Notes under the pieces: generated by a model
The model's input: the letters and a program-made list of their open reading frames with translations, nothing else
Databases searched by the model: none
What the model was told of the DNA's origin: nothing
Source: Callorhinchus milii
Lineage: Eukaryota
Direction: 5' to 3'
Length of the DNA stretch: 64,000 nucleotides
Assembly: GCF_018977255.1 (NCBI RefSeq)
Contig: NW_024704742.1
Span: 99,326,001-99,390,000 of the forward strand
Shown here: piece by piece, positions 1 through 12,640 of the stretch
Position numbering within the stretch: position 1 is the stretch's first letter
How the letters are laid out: the number at the start of each line of letters is the position of its first letter
Position numbers and translations under genes: made by a program

Positions 1-254
1 GATTATTTCCCATCTGTTAACTGAATTTGGTTGCATCCGATTATAATACAATACAGATATACAATCATATAGTGTTGTTCGTGTTGGGAGGATGTCGCAA
101 AGCTCTTAAAAATGCTAGCTTGTCACGCAAGCTATGGGTGCGAGCCAAAAAGGATGGGAAGGGGAAAGATGACCGAAAGTGAAGTCAAAGAGGTAGGTCT
201 TATTATTATTATAACTATTATTATCTATGCAGTTGATTTAATACAATAACAATC

Positions 255-650
255 ATTTCATTTGATATAACATCTATAATGTTACTAATGTCTAAAAGCA
301 TTTCATAAAGATTCTATGAAGTGTGACTGTGTATGTTGCAGGCAAATATGACAAACAATTTGCACACAGCAATGTACCACACATAGCCATAAAGTGAATG
401 ATCAATTTTATCTAGGAGATTGTTGACCAGGACTAAAGTTAATTTCTCTTTCCAAATAATGCAGTGGGTTCTTTAACATCTACCTGAACAGACAGATGTG
501 ACCTTAACATCTCACCTAAAGCAAGCACCTCTGAAATTGCAGTATTCTCCCAGCTCTGTTTTGAAGTGCCAGCCTATCTATGAGCTCAAAGTGGGGACTT
601 GAAACCACAACCTTCTGGAAGGCAATGGAGCTTTTAACTGATCCATGTTG
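255..650 (-). mobile_element. Old Deu-domain SINE, diverged
   Basis: Reverse complement shows a tRNA-like head remnant (ggttgtggtttcaagtcccc), the Deu-like core (ttcaggtagatgttaaagaacccactgcattatttggaa) and the 3' tail shared with other SINEs here. Confidence 0.7.
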
Positions 651-1596
651 ACACTTAAAAATGAAGAGAGAAGTATATTCATGTTTTATAGAATATGACA
701 AGGCAAAGCAACAAAGATGAATGGATGTCCTGTAAGATAATAGAATTGATGGGAAAGAAGTCCGATTTATCAGGAATCTTAATGGGATAAACAAGCAATA
801 GTAACGGCTAATTCTGAGATAACAGATCAGACAAAGATCAGAAGAGATTGAGCAAAAATCAGAATTCAGAGAGACACAATCTTTGTAATAAATATTCTCA
901 AATTATTGTTGAAGTATGTGAGTCTCAAATGTGGCAATCTAAACTAGAAATGATAGCATGTGTGAAGAAATATCTAAAATGTTGGATGTAGCAGAACTGA
1001 TTCTCAACAAAAGCAATTGATTCCAAGTTGATTAACTTCTGGGTAAAAAACAAGGGACAAGTATCAGCCCATAAAAATACACAGTCACACCACTTTATAG
1101 TATATCCTGTGAATGTGTATATCCTGCTTTAAGATGTCTCGATTACATGATAAGGCGCTCTACCAAATGCAAGGATTATTATTATTTTTTATTGGATAAT
1201 ATAACAGGTATTTGCAGTTTTACTCACTTAAAATGAGCAAAAATTATAATAACATGTTTTGCAGTTGATAACATTGTCGAAAGGTCTCAAAGCACTTCAT
1301 AGGATTTACTGTAAAGTGTAGTGACTGTATCTTGTAGAATACTGTGCTACTGGACTCCTGATGGATGCGGGGGGAGGGTTATGTCTGTGCAAGGAAGAAG
1401 AGCAGGGTTGAATGGTGGAGATTGCTCCAGTCCTATTCTCCTGCTCATATCCACTGTTCTTTTTAATGCAGTTTATTGTTTGTTCCTCATTCTCTCTCCC
1501 ACCATCTGTGGTTGAGCCTTCAGCCACTATGACTCATGCTTTCTGGAACTTTTTCAAAAATTCCTTTGCCTTGCTCCTCCTCTTCTTCCCTTCAAA

Positions 1597-1644
1597 ACCT
1601 AATCCTAATTTGTATCTCCATCTGACACTAGCCATCCATCAGTA
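1597..1644. repeat. Left arm of a perfect 48-bp inverted repeat (partner 2441-2488)
   Basis: acctaatcctaatttgtatctccatctgacactagccatccatcagta is the exact reverse complement of 2441-2488. Confidence 0.97.
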
Positions 1645-1925
1645 ACCATGCCTGAAGAGTGACACTTAATCTGCGCCAGCAACATCCAATAACAAGAAGC
1701 AAGTTCATTTGAATTTGGGGGCACATTTGGATATGGGAGGGAAATATCAACTAGGAAAATGACTTCATAATTCTTTAAAATAGCAATGTCAGACCTATAT
1801 TTACCTGAATCACATGGCTATCAGAACATAAATGAATAACACAATGAAAAGAATATAATGAGAATCTGGAAATAAATAATACATTTAGAATCGCTGTTTT
1901 GTAGACAAATAGTTAATAATTCTAG

Positions 1926-2312
1926 AATAAACCTTACATATGATATAGCACTTTATCATATTGTTGAGAAGTCTTAAAGACCTTCATATTTGTATTTGTA
2001 GGTGAACGCGGCAACCAATTTGCCCACAGCAATGTCCCACAAATAGCCATGAAATAAATGACCAATTTTATATGGGGGATTGTAAACCAGGATTCCAGGA
2101 GAAACTTCCTTCTCTTTTCAAGCAGATCTTTAATATCCACCTGAACAGGCAGTTGGGACCTCAATTGAACGTCTCATCCAAAATACAGCATCTCCAACCT
2201 TGCAGTGGTGTATTGCAGTGTCAGTCCAGACCGTGAGTTCAAAGCCCCGATGTGGGGTTTGAACCCACAACCTTTTGACTCATAGGTGAGACTATTGATA
2301 ACTGAGTCAGGC
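1926..2312 (-). mobile_element. Near full-length old Deu-domain SINE (SacSINE1/AmnSINE-like superfamily)
   Basis: Minus strand reads gcctgactcagtt...ggttgtgggttcaaacccc (A/B boxes), then ggatgagacgttcaattgaggtccc...ttcaggtggatattaaagatc (Deu-like), then gtgggacattgctgtg...tail. Confidence 0.8.
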
Positions 2313-2440
2313 TCACTTTGAAATCCTAAAAAAGCATTTGATTGGGTATCTATAAACAACAATACCCGCTAGGCTTTACCTCACTTATTTTAACAAGTAA
2401 ATTAAATGTAATGTCTTCGGAGTAGTCTTATATCATTTGG

Positions 2441-2488
2441 TACTGATGGATGGCTAGTGTCAGATGGAGATACAAATTAGGATTAGGT
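2441..2488. repeat. Right arm of the perfect 48-bp inverted repeat
   Basis: tactgatggatggctagtgtcagatggagatacaaattaggattaggt. Confidence 0.97.
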
Positions 2489-2527
2489 ACTCTGATGTAT
2501 TTGTGGTAGGAGTGTAATAGGGTGAAG

Positions 2528-3094
2528 TTTTCCCCTGTCATTGTAAGTCAATGGGGCAGAATAACACTTCTGACAACAAGAGATAGAGGCTTTATCTTTT
2601 ACTTCAAAGACTTTTTATAAAATTGACCCCAGAGTAGCTCTATTGGGGGACATTATCTTGAGTAAAATCTGCACCTCAGAGGATTTAAACTAATTGGCCC
2701 AGGATTACTTTAGCAAAAAGTCTCATTCTGTAAACTTGGAGAGAGAAGAAACAGACGCTGCTTGGTTTCTAGTAAGTGGGTGGATACATCAAACCAGAGA
2801 GCTTGACAATGCTGTATTTATGATCCATTTGATGCTTATCTGGACTCGCATAATCCCAGAACTCTTAAACTTTGACATTTGCTGGCTTGGATCATAATAA
2901 TGCAAATTGTTGTGTATGTATTAAGGCATGTTATTATTTCTTAACAAATTGCTTTAGTGCTATATTAAGTTAACGGCTGTCCTGTGTTTTCTCTGATTTG
3001 ATGTCTGTTCTGTACTGTAAGGATATTTCATGCTGAGTAAAAAAATAGGGACTTTTCCCCTGTCATTGTAAGTCAATGGGGCAGAATAACACTT
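2528..3094 (+). repeat. Exact 42-bp direct repeat pair (2528-2569 and 3053-3094)
   Basis: ttttcccctgtcattgtaagtcaatggggcagaataacactt occurs twice. Confidence 0.96.
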
Positions 3095-3407
3095 ACTGAT
3101 AATGTTGCTATTGTAATAATAATAGTTTTGGTAGATGAAAATGTGAATTACAATATTATGGATCACTAGTTTGCAGAACATGAGTAAATGGTGTAGGTCT
3201 CGAAAATTCTTTTGATAAAAATACAGGATGAACCTGTACCTTGATATTACATATGTTCACTAATAATGGGGTCGTCCATTGCAAGTGCAGTTGTTGGCTT
3301 TCCTGCACATACTGCGCACAGAAAGTGATGTCAGTGGTGACCATTTTTCAAAAGGATTTTCTTGCAATGCTGTGTGGTTGAGCAATGTACATGAAGTGAC
3401 AGTGTGT

Positions 3408-3735
3408 CAGGCTGCCTCAGTTGGTAGCACTCTCACCTCTGAGTCAGAAGGATGTGGATTCAAGCCAACATTGCAATATGGAATTCATAAAGTCTTTACT
3501 GACACTCCAATACATGGTTGTTGAAGGTACCATCCTTTGGGTGAGACATTAAACTGAGGTCCTATATGTCTGTCCAGGTGGATGTTAATGAACCCGTGGA
3601 GAGAAGGGAGTTTCTCACAACATCCTAGCCCCAGATAAAGTTGGTCACTCAATCCATGGCTGTTTGTTGTGCGTACAAATTTGCTTCTGTGTTCGCCAAC
3701 AAAAATTCACACAGTTACTATGCTTTGCAAATGTC
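3408..3735 (+). mobile_element. Old Deu-domain SINE
   Basis: gcctcagttggtagcactctcacctctgagtcagaaggatgtggattcaagcc head; gtgagacattaaactgaggtcc...ccaggtggatgttaatg core. Confidence 0.75.
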
Positions 3736-3750
3736 AAAGATGTAGATGTT

Positions 3751-3900
3751 CATGGGACACTGCTGTGTGCAATTGGCTGCCGCATTTCGCCCACAAATAT
3801 ACGGTCAATTCACTTTACACTATATTCTGTGAAGCGCTTTGAGACGTCTAGAAGATACGAAAAGCGCTATATCAAATGCAAGGATTATTATTATTATTAT
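3751..3900 (+). mobile_element. 5'-truncated young SINE with 8-bp TSD (tagatgtt)
   Basis: 3' half of the tRNA-Ala SINE ending in (TTA)n; tagatgtt at 3743-3750 and 3901-3908. Confidence 0.85.
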
Positions 3901-3954
3901 TAGATGTTAAAGATCCCACAGCACTGTGAGAAAGAAGATGGGAGTTACTCATAA

Positions 3955-4274
3955 GTGGAGTCCTGTAGCTCAGTGGTTAGAGCACTCGCTTTGCAAGTGA
4001 GAGACCTGAGTTCAATTCCAGGCAGGGCGAAACCTTGGGCAAGTTTCCTTACTCCACACGCCTAATAATAATCCCTCCAAAAAACCAAAAACAATAATTA
4101 AATTGGTCATTTTCAATCTACGACTGTTTGTGGGACATTGCTGTGCGCAATTGGCTGCCGCGTTCGCCCACAAATATACAGTCAATTCACTTTACAGTGT
4201 GTTCTGTGAAGCGCTTTGGGACGTCCTCCCGACGTGAAAAGTGCTATATCAAATGCAAGGATTATTATTATTAT
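3955..4274 (+). mobile_element. Full-length young tRNA-Ala(TGC)-derived SINE
   Basis: Head ggagtcctgtagctcagtggttagagcactcgctttgcaag...gttcaattcc with Pol III A/B boxes, body, 3' stem-loop and (TTA)n tail; near-identical copies elsewhere in the window; possible TSD ataag. Confidence 0.95.
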
Positions 4275-4484
4275 AAGGTCCTGGCCAACAATCCCCCAAA
4301 TAAAATTGGTCACTCATACATCCTCCTTATTATTGGTTCTTTGATTCTGCATTTGCTGTTACCAATACAAAATTTCAACCACAAATAAATAAGGAAATGA
4401 ATGAACATAAAAGAAAGAATGGGATAGAATCAAAAGTTTTCAGCAGAGAAAGCGGATCCTGAATTTATTACCAAAAGTGCGTTT

Positions 4485-4969
4485 CAGAACTCTGCAGCCC
4501 GTGTTCTCTCCCGCACCAGGCTCCATGACCCTATCACCCCATCCTTGCCCAACTCCACTGGCTTCCTATCACACAGAGGATACAGTTCAAGAACCTGGTC
4601 CTCACCTTCAAAGCCCTCCACGGTCTTGCTCCCCCCTACCTCTACGACCTCCTAACCCCCTACAATCCTGTTCGCTCCCTCTGCTCAGTGGGCTCTGGCC
4701 TGCTTCATGTCCCCCACCTTGCTTGCCCCCACCCTTTGGAACTCCATCCCATAGTCCCCCTGCCTCGCCCCTCCTTTACCTCCTTCAAGACCCATCTCAA
4801 GACCCTCCCCTTCAACCATACTTTCGATCTCCTTGCTTCCCCCCCTGCCCTCCACCCTCCCCCACCCCGACCCCCAGCTCGGATCCGTAACTCTGTCTGT
4901 CCAGCGCCTTGGGATGTCCTCCTGATGTGAAACGCTCTTTACAAATGTAATTTTGTTGTTGTTGTTGTT
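4485..4969 (+). mobile_element. L2-clade LINE 3' fragment (ORF2 end plus 3' UTR)
   Basis: Encodes QNSAARVLSRTRLHDPITPxLAQLHWLPI-type ORF2 C-terminus; C-rich UTR; (TTG)n tail; homologous to 44066-44718. Confidence 0.9.
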
Positions 4970-7049
4970 AGATCTATCCATAGATCTGCAAATTCTTCCT
5001 TTTTAAGTACCTATCCTATTCCCTACAATCCAATCCACTTCCACCCCCCTTTCAGACAGTGCATTCCAGACCATAACAACTCTATTTCCCATGGCACTAT
5101 TCAAAAAGACAAGGGGCTTACCTCCCAATGCCCCGACCAGCAATCCCCCAGATAAAATTGTTCACTCAATTCATAACTGTTTGTGGGACATGCTGTATGC
5201 AAATTGCTGCCATGCTCGACTACAAAAAAAACATCACTACACTGTATAGTAAATACTGTAAAGCGCTTTAAATGATATGATAAGGCGCTATATCAAATAC
5301 AAGGAATGTTATTATTATTATTGTTGTTTCAATAGTGTGTGTTATCTCCCATTAAAAGAGAGGTTGTTAGTGTTTGAAGGCATATAAATGTGCTTCTCTT
5401 TTTTTGTTATTGCAAAACGGTTTTGGAGATTAAAGACTAGGTTATGAATAATTTTACAAGCAAACATCTCCAGGATACATAACGTAAACAAACAAAACTG
5501 ATTTGCTTTATACAGTGTTGAAATAAAGGAATTGAATGTATTTGTGACACATGAGTGCAAATGAAATCAATTTCAGTCAGACTTCACAGTATAATCAGCA
5601 TTCTTTACTGCAACACTGTATAAAAGTTTCTTGTTTCAAACTCAGTAGGACAGAAAATTCCTTCTCTCTCACCCCCCAACAATGCTGCCATTGTTCAGGT
5701 CATCAAATAAGCAGAACTATCATCCTGAGACTTCACGGTATTTGTTCATTCTAAAGCATATGCAGTGTCAGGCTATAACATAACCTGAAGGTCACCAGAC
5801 ATAAGTCCTATTTACTTTGTGGATTCAGTCTGGAATTAACCAACTTTGAACACACAACACTAGAATAACAAAATGTGTGTGAATGGGGCCCAGCCACTCA
5901 CATTGCCGGCCTTCTAGACATGGTTTGGCCGAGTTCTACAATCATAGGTGCAGAAGCAGTTTCCTGGAGTCATTCCAGATATGGTTTTGCTTTGGAGTTG
6001 ATTCAAAGGTAATTCTGTGTATTTAGCTATCTGTAACCCCCTTGGCTTAGCTTTGGTGAATTGAGGAATCTATTTAATGTAAACAGCTGTCTGGAGTCAC
6101 TGTGCATGTGATTTCGTTTGGAAGGAATGCAGCAGAGAATTTTCCATCCTGAGCACTGTATGGTGCGTGCTGCACAGTCCTGACTGACTTATCCCCTGAT
6201 ACAGGCTAAATGTATCACATGTGGAAAGGACATTCCCCATGTTGTTTTTCCCTTACCATGCTACTGCTAGCAACCTGCTGTTGTAACCATGTGGTCATGG
6301 CATGCTAGGCGGCATTGGTTAAGGACGTAATTCTTGTTTCCTGATTTCCCGGCTCACGTCAAACTCCACCATTATTCAGCGCTCTAACATACATCCCCAT
6401 GTGAAGGGTGCTTTAGAAATGAAAGTTCTTGTTGTTCCACTTTAATGGAGAAAAAGACAAATAAAAAAACTGTTGCAAAATCTTTTGTAGGCAAACTGAA
6501 ATAAAGAATTTTTTAAAAATACGCTGAGCTCTATGCAGTGCTAAAGATGTGATGGGGGGGGGGGGTAGAAAAATGGGGCGGTTGTGGAAGATGGGGGCAG
6601 GGTGACATCCCTGGTAGGTTTTTACGAATTGAGTGAAGAAAGCAATGTTTCATAACAAATTCCATAACACTTTCAATAGTTATTGAATCTCCTGTGAAAC
6701 TGCATTTTCCACTCCCATAGCAAGTTGAGCTGCAGCTACTCCCATGTAGAAGTCCATCTGAATGAATTGTGTTAGTGTATCAGTTTCTAGACTCCAGGGA
6801 GGATGACGTTTGTTTTCTCTGAATTCAGAAACATGTTTTCAGCCAGAGATAAAAGCTAATAAAACTCTTGTTTCCCAGGTTATGAAAACTAAAGCTGCCC
6901 AGCCAACTGCTGTCATAAAATGTAGTAACAGGGAAACAACCATTCACCTAAGAAGATTAATGAGATATTTAAAACCTTGTACAAAGAGTTAGATTGTTCC
7001 TGCTTTAATTCCTCCTTAGAGGCTTGAACTTGTTTTATGACTATGGGTG

Positions 7050-7700
7050 TCGAATGAACAAGAAAATGTCCTTGCCTATCTTCAGGTGGCCTTCACTTCC
7101 ACATCTTTATCACAACCTGTGCAACACTTACTACAAGTGTACAACAAAGTTACACAGAAACATTGCAATCTAAATTGCAAGATTTGCAGAAGGATTTGTA
7201 AATAGCAAATCTTGGATGTAATGCAGCTGATCCTCCAAAACATCCCACTCAGATGTCAACTTTGTGGAATCTGAGCCTGAAATTGATGGAATTCCAGAAG
7301 GTCGGCTGGGACATATCGGATTTTTGCTATTTAGAGATCTTTTGGCAAAGCTTGCGGTTTAGAACTCAATAATAGATTGAGTGCAGTGCTTCGATGTGAG
7401 TGGTGCATAGAGGTGTAAGGCATTTGAGCACGAATAGATGGTACCATAAAGAGTTGACATGATAAGCACAGATGTGGGTCTGTCCAGCCCTGAGATCCTG
7501 GAGTCAACCACGTCACTGTGGGGAAATATCAAATGGAGAATCTGCACTTTCTCAAGGCAAAGGAATCAACTCAGAGTGAGTGGCATTTATTGGATTTCAG
7601 CCCTTGAGCCCATCTGGAACGTTGGCCTTGCTAATGTTAAAATCCTGGTGCTCAGAAAACATGCACTATATGTTGGAGAACATGTTGTTACTGTCCAAAA
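7050..7700 (+). mobile_element. Highly decayed LINE fragment, RTE-like
   Basis: Remnant motifs RLGHI (cf. RWLGHV) and DMISTDV...SLWGNIKW (cf. RTE ORF C-terminal DMKxxDI...W); many disablements. Confidence 0.4.
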
Positions 7701-8477
7701 ACAAGTCATTTAATATGCTTACATTGGGATGAAATTTACAGAAATTTATAATGTGTTCATTCTGTTAATTAACACAAGGAACACCACAAATGTCACCCAC
7801 TATCCTCTTTATCCTCTTTTTCAAACTTCCTTTGGGTCTTCTTTTCTATCCTTAATACCTGTTTATTGTTATTAAGATGGGTGTGAGTGCAGTAAACTCA
7901 GGTGAGTAAAATAACTAGAAGTGAAATGTTTAGATACAAGGAAAAATCACAATCTTTGTGACAAATCATGTCTATTTGGGTTTATCCAAGTATCAAAGCT
8001 AAATACATGTGCCCGAAAGAATCTCATAATAGACATGTGATCATGTGATAACTGGGTGTGCATAGAATGAATGGAACAAATATTGATTTTAATATGGATA
8101 AGTGCAATCTATTGCACGGTAACAGGGGATGGGGGGAAGGGAATTCTAGCACGTGATAAAGAAGGACATTCGCTCCATCACGCCTTTGCTGGGTCTCTAT
8201 AAGAACACGCCGTTGTAATAAAAATAATCTTTCCATTTGATATAGTGCCTTTCACATCGGGAGGACATCCTAAAGTGCTTCACAGGATACATTGCAAAGT
8301 GCAGTGACTGTATATTTTGTGGGTGAATGCATTTAGTTCTTCTCTTGTGCCCTTTCCTTATACCCTTTAGTATTATTTTCTTTTCATATATATTTACCTG
8401 CTCTATACTGTCCAATACCCTGGGACGTCCTCCCGACATGAAAGGAGTTATACAAATGCAATCTTGTTGTTGTTGCT

Positions 8478-8795
8478 TCCCTTTTTAAAGCTATTAAGAT
8501 TCTAAAGGGACTAAACAATGTAGATCCTGCCCAGAATAGTAAAACCAGATTCTGAATGAATCTACGCAAACAATTTGTAAACCTGTGGAACAGGCTTCCT
8601 AGGGAGACGGTTGAAGCAGGAAGTGTTGATTCTTTCAAACACAGAGTAGATAGCTTTCTTTTAGGAAATAACATTATGGGGTATAGTACACAGGTTGGGA
8701 CATATGTGACATATGTGCAGGTGACCGCCAGGAAGGTGAAAGGTGAACTAGATGGACCTTGATCTTTTATTGTCTAGTATTTCTTATGTTCTTAT
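8478..8795 (+). mobile_element. CR1-clade LINE 3' end
   Basis: KILKGLNNV...VNLWNRLPRETVEAGSVDSFKHRVDSFL is a typical CR1 ORF2 C-terminus; tail ending ttcttatgttctta. Confidence 0.88.
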
Positions 8796-9804
8796 TATAG
8801 AATTGACTTCAAACATCATTTTTTGGCAGAACATTCTATTAAAAAAAATGTCCTAACCTCTCCTGTGTGTATTAACCCAATGTGTTAATTATTTATCACT
8901 AATAATGTGTTCATTTTAACTTGTAGCAATTTTTGTGTCATTCCTAAAAGCCTGTCAATGCTCACTGTCTAGGATCAGTTGGGCAGAGCAGTAACTTCAG
9001 TGAGACTGACCCAAGGAACTCCCAAATTTGTTATGAGACATTGCTTTCTTCAATCAAATTGAATTGTTGCTATTGTTGTTGCTTCAACATTATAAGCCAC
9101 TTTATCAAATTGCAAGGAGTATTATTATTATGATATGAAAGGTAGGTTTTGGTTTCAATTTGAGAAAGATAACCTAGGGATTATTTCCCATTGGAGCAAT
9201 GATGGTAAAATCCTATAAATATTACACGTCCATGTCTATGATAAGTACTATAGTAAATAATTAATTCCACTACCCACCGATGAATATAATTACTTATGTA
9301 TGATATAAATATTGGATGTAATTATTTCAACATATTTAGATGTGTTTGCATTTGGTATCATTTGTATTTTATATCTGCCTTACTAGCAGCTTGGGCCATT
9401 GTTATACACCTCCTTGTATGCAGCTGAATAGTCCTTTGTAGCCTTGCACCATCTTGTCTTATTGACCACAGCAGCATATGGCCCAAGGAGACCAACCAAT
9501 TGAGAATGAAGACAAAAAAGAGACACCAGGTCCTCAATAGAGCAAATCACACAAACCCTTTGAAAAGAACTGGATCACACAATACAACATTTCCAACGCC
9601 ATTAGTTTTGTATGAACATGAAAGGATAATTATCTTGTAATTTTATTCAACATTTCTTAGTGATCAATCTTTGTGCATACAATGTATCTATACAATAAAT
9701 ATACAGATATTTATAAATTTATAAAACTGGGACCCAGTAATAGAAAAACAAAACAACAGGTTGAACTTGGTGGGGTTTATAACTGTTATTAATGCCCTCG
9801 ATTC

Positions 9805-10507
9805 CAGGATTACTGCTGTCCTCATAGACTGCCTGTCAGACATCAAGGCCCGGATGAGAGCTAACTTCCTGCAGTTGAATGTCAACAAGACCAAGGCCCT
9901 GCTGCTTGGCTCCCGTCAGTGTTTCCATACCTCGGGCGCTGACAGCATCTCCCTGCATGAACGCACTCTACATCTCACGGAGCCAATACGAAACCTCGGT
10001 ATCCCGTTCCACCCTCAACTGTCCTTCATGTCCAACATCCGTGCCATGACCTGCTCCGCCTTCCCCCACCACCGCAAAATTGCTCGGCTCCGCCACTGTT
10101 TCATAAAGCAGGTCACGAGACCCTCATGCACTCATTCATAACATCCAGGCTTGACTACACAAACTCCCTGCTTGTCGGCCTTCCCAACTCCTCCCTCCAT
10201 AGGCTGCAGATCATCCAGAACTCTGCAGCCTGTGTCCTCTTCCGCACCAGACTCTGCGACCCTATCAACCCCACCCTCGCCTGACTCTACACTGGCTTCC
10301 CATCACACCCTCGCCCCCTCCCTTGCCTCCTTCAAAACCCATCTCAAGATCCTCCTCTTTGACTGTGCCTTCGGTCACTCTCCTTCCCCCCCTGCCCTCA
10401 ACCCTTCCCAATCCCAACCCCCAGCTCAAATCCAAAATATTTTCCAGCGACTTGGGACGTCCTCCCGTTGTGAAAGGCACTACATAAATGTAATTTTGTT
10501 GTTGTTG
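9805..10507 (+). mobile_element. L2 LINE 3' fragment with internal deletion
   Basis: DCLSDIKARMRANFLQLNVNKTKALLLGS...IRNLGIPFHPQLSF...LDYTNSLLVGLP; about 230 bp missing after cccatcacac relative to the 44066 copy; (TTG)n tail. Confidence 0.92.
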
Positions 10508-12234
10508 TGTGATAACTATTACCGGAGATAAATTTCAGAACAATAGAATTTACAGTAGTTTGTTGTTTAACACAACGTTTGGGGATACAACACTCCTCCA
10601 ACTTCTGAAGAATGGTTTCTCCTTCCAGCGTCTTTTCCAGCTCAGTTAACATCCGTTTTTCATTTTAAATTCTAGGAGCTAAAATGACAATAACAACTTG
10701 TACTTGTATAACGCCTTTCACATAGAAATGTCTCAACACTGTTCACAATGAATGGAGTGGGAGTCTGAGCAGGGTGGGAGGGCAGGAGAAGGAGGGAGTT
10801 GAAAGAAGGCAAAGGAATTTTAGAATAGCTTTTAATCTTTTGGGGGAATAATTATGGAGTGGCCATAATCTGGTGAAGAAGGGCAACATTTGTACTTTTT
10901 CTGGCTCCAAAATAAGGTTTCTATGGCCAAGCCTTTTGTTTGTAATCTGTTTCATATGTTTACTACTATGAGGGGGAAAAATCCTAATCCTAGCCTTTCT
11001 TGAAGTCTGTTAATGGGGTCTATTTTACCAGAGATGCAAATATATTTATGGCTTGTGGATCCAACAGATATCCAAATGTATTAGAGACCAACTATTGGAA
11101 ATTCACTCTGAAGCAAATCTCTTACACGTTTGATTGGCTTTGAAGCAGCATTCCAGTAAATCAGCTTCTGCTAGCTATTGCTAGTTGTTGCTAGTTCTGA
11201 ATCAATTTGTGACTCTCGCAAATGAGACCCCCAATGTTAAACGTCTGCTCACTTCAACAAAAATCCTCTCCATTCTCCGTCAAACAAAAACAAATTAAGT
11301 CTGGTATGCACACCAGTAGTTGCAGGCATATTTGCAATACATTATACAGTGGGTCTCCATGAGGAGGTCTGAAAAACAAGAATCCTACACTACACAGCTT
11401 TAGAAAGACAGAATGACTTCACTGTACAACTACGAGTTCTCAGATCCCCAGTGATTTGAGCCTTAAGCTTGTCAGCAGCTTCCTGCTGCTCTGTTAGTCT
11501 TCATATACACAAGGCTTTACATCATCTGAGCTGGGGACTTTCCTCTATTCAGTCATATGTGGAAGCACATGAGGATCCCATAGTAACTGTGCTAGGCGAG
11601 TCTTGTTGCTCTATTTATACTATGGAAGGGATTCTTTATTGCTTTCTGCACTGAGATGGTTCGGAGCAAGAAGTGAGATTTGTATGCAAAGCTCAGCGCA
11701 TGCACAGAGCCCTGTTAATTGGCACCGAATGCCAGTTAGTTGGTAACATTATTAAAGAGACTGTTTCATGACCTCCTGTGGATTTGTAGTGTGCTTATCT
11801 GTTTCTAGTTCAGATTTTTAGCATTTGTAGCTTTCTTTTCATTTCTAGCAATTAAAAACTTGAGGGTTTATTCCTCCACTGACAGTAAAATGGCTGAGCT
11901 TTTGGTGCAAGTGCGGATTAATCCCACTAACTCGACATAGAATGGCGATCGATGCTGCGACCTTGCTGGTCTGTGTAACTCATTTCTACATTAGGCAACA
12001 CTCCGTGGCAGTCTGGCTCATGAAACAAGCAGCTCTGCAGTACTCTAGGGAAATGGTTATGGCAGACCACCCAGCCTAGCTCATTGGCAGGACTTGGAGG
12101 GCACTATAGCAATGCAAATTGCTGTTCTTGTTGGTAAAGACAAAACATTGACAGCCCTGGTGTTACTCTGATTCTTTTCAATTCAAAAACGATGATTGGT
12201 GACTAGGGGTAGAGAACCTTCCCTTTGTTTTTTG

Positions 12235-12505
12235 GCATTTGATATAGTGCCTTATTATGTCATTGAAACGATTCAAAGCGCTTCACAGGAATATACTGTT
12301 AAGTGCAGTGACTGTGCATTGGGTGGGTGAAGCACACACCAATTGCACACAGCAGTGTCCCACAAACAGCCATGGAGTGAATGATTAATTTTATATGGGG
12401 GATTGTTTTCCAGAGCACCAGGAGAGAGAAAATCCCTTCTCTTTTCCAATAGTGCCATGGGATCTTTAACGTCCACCTGAACAGGCACAGGTGGGACCTT
12501 GCTTT
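12235..12505 (-). mobile_element. Old Deu-domain SINE, 3' two-thirds
   Basis: aatagtgccatgggatctttaacgtccacctgaacaggca is the reverse complement of the Deu-like core, followed by the shared tail. Confidence 0.8.
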
Positions 12506-12640
12506 CCATCTGCTTTGGTTAATCCTGCAAGCCAAAGCGCTAATGGTTGGGTGATCCTAGCTGAACAAATAGTGAAGGCTTGCCAGTCAATGCTTTCAAA
12601 GGCAAGCTATTAGTTTTAGCTCTTTAAATTCCCAAATGAA

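Noticed and set aside
3957..4030. tRNA-Ala(TGC) genes
   Set aside because: Each is the head of a SINE, continuous with SINE body and tail, with no Pol III terminator directly after the tRNA
4128..4388. Recurrent ORFs of the MWDIAVRNWLPRSPTNIQSIHFTV type (also 47614, 48680, 20252, 28409)
   Set aside because: They are chance translations of the SINE body and (TTA)n tail, not a gene family
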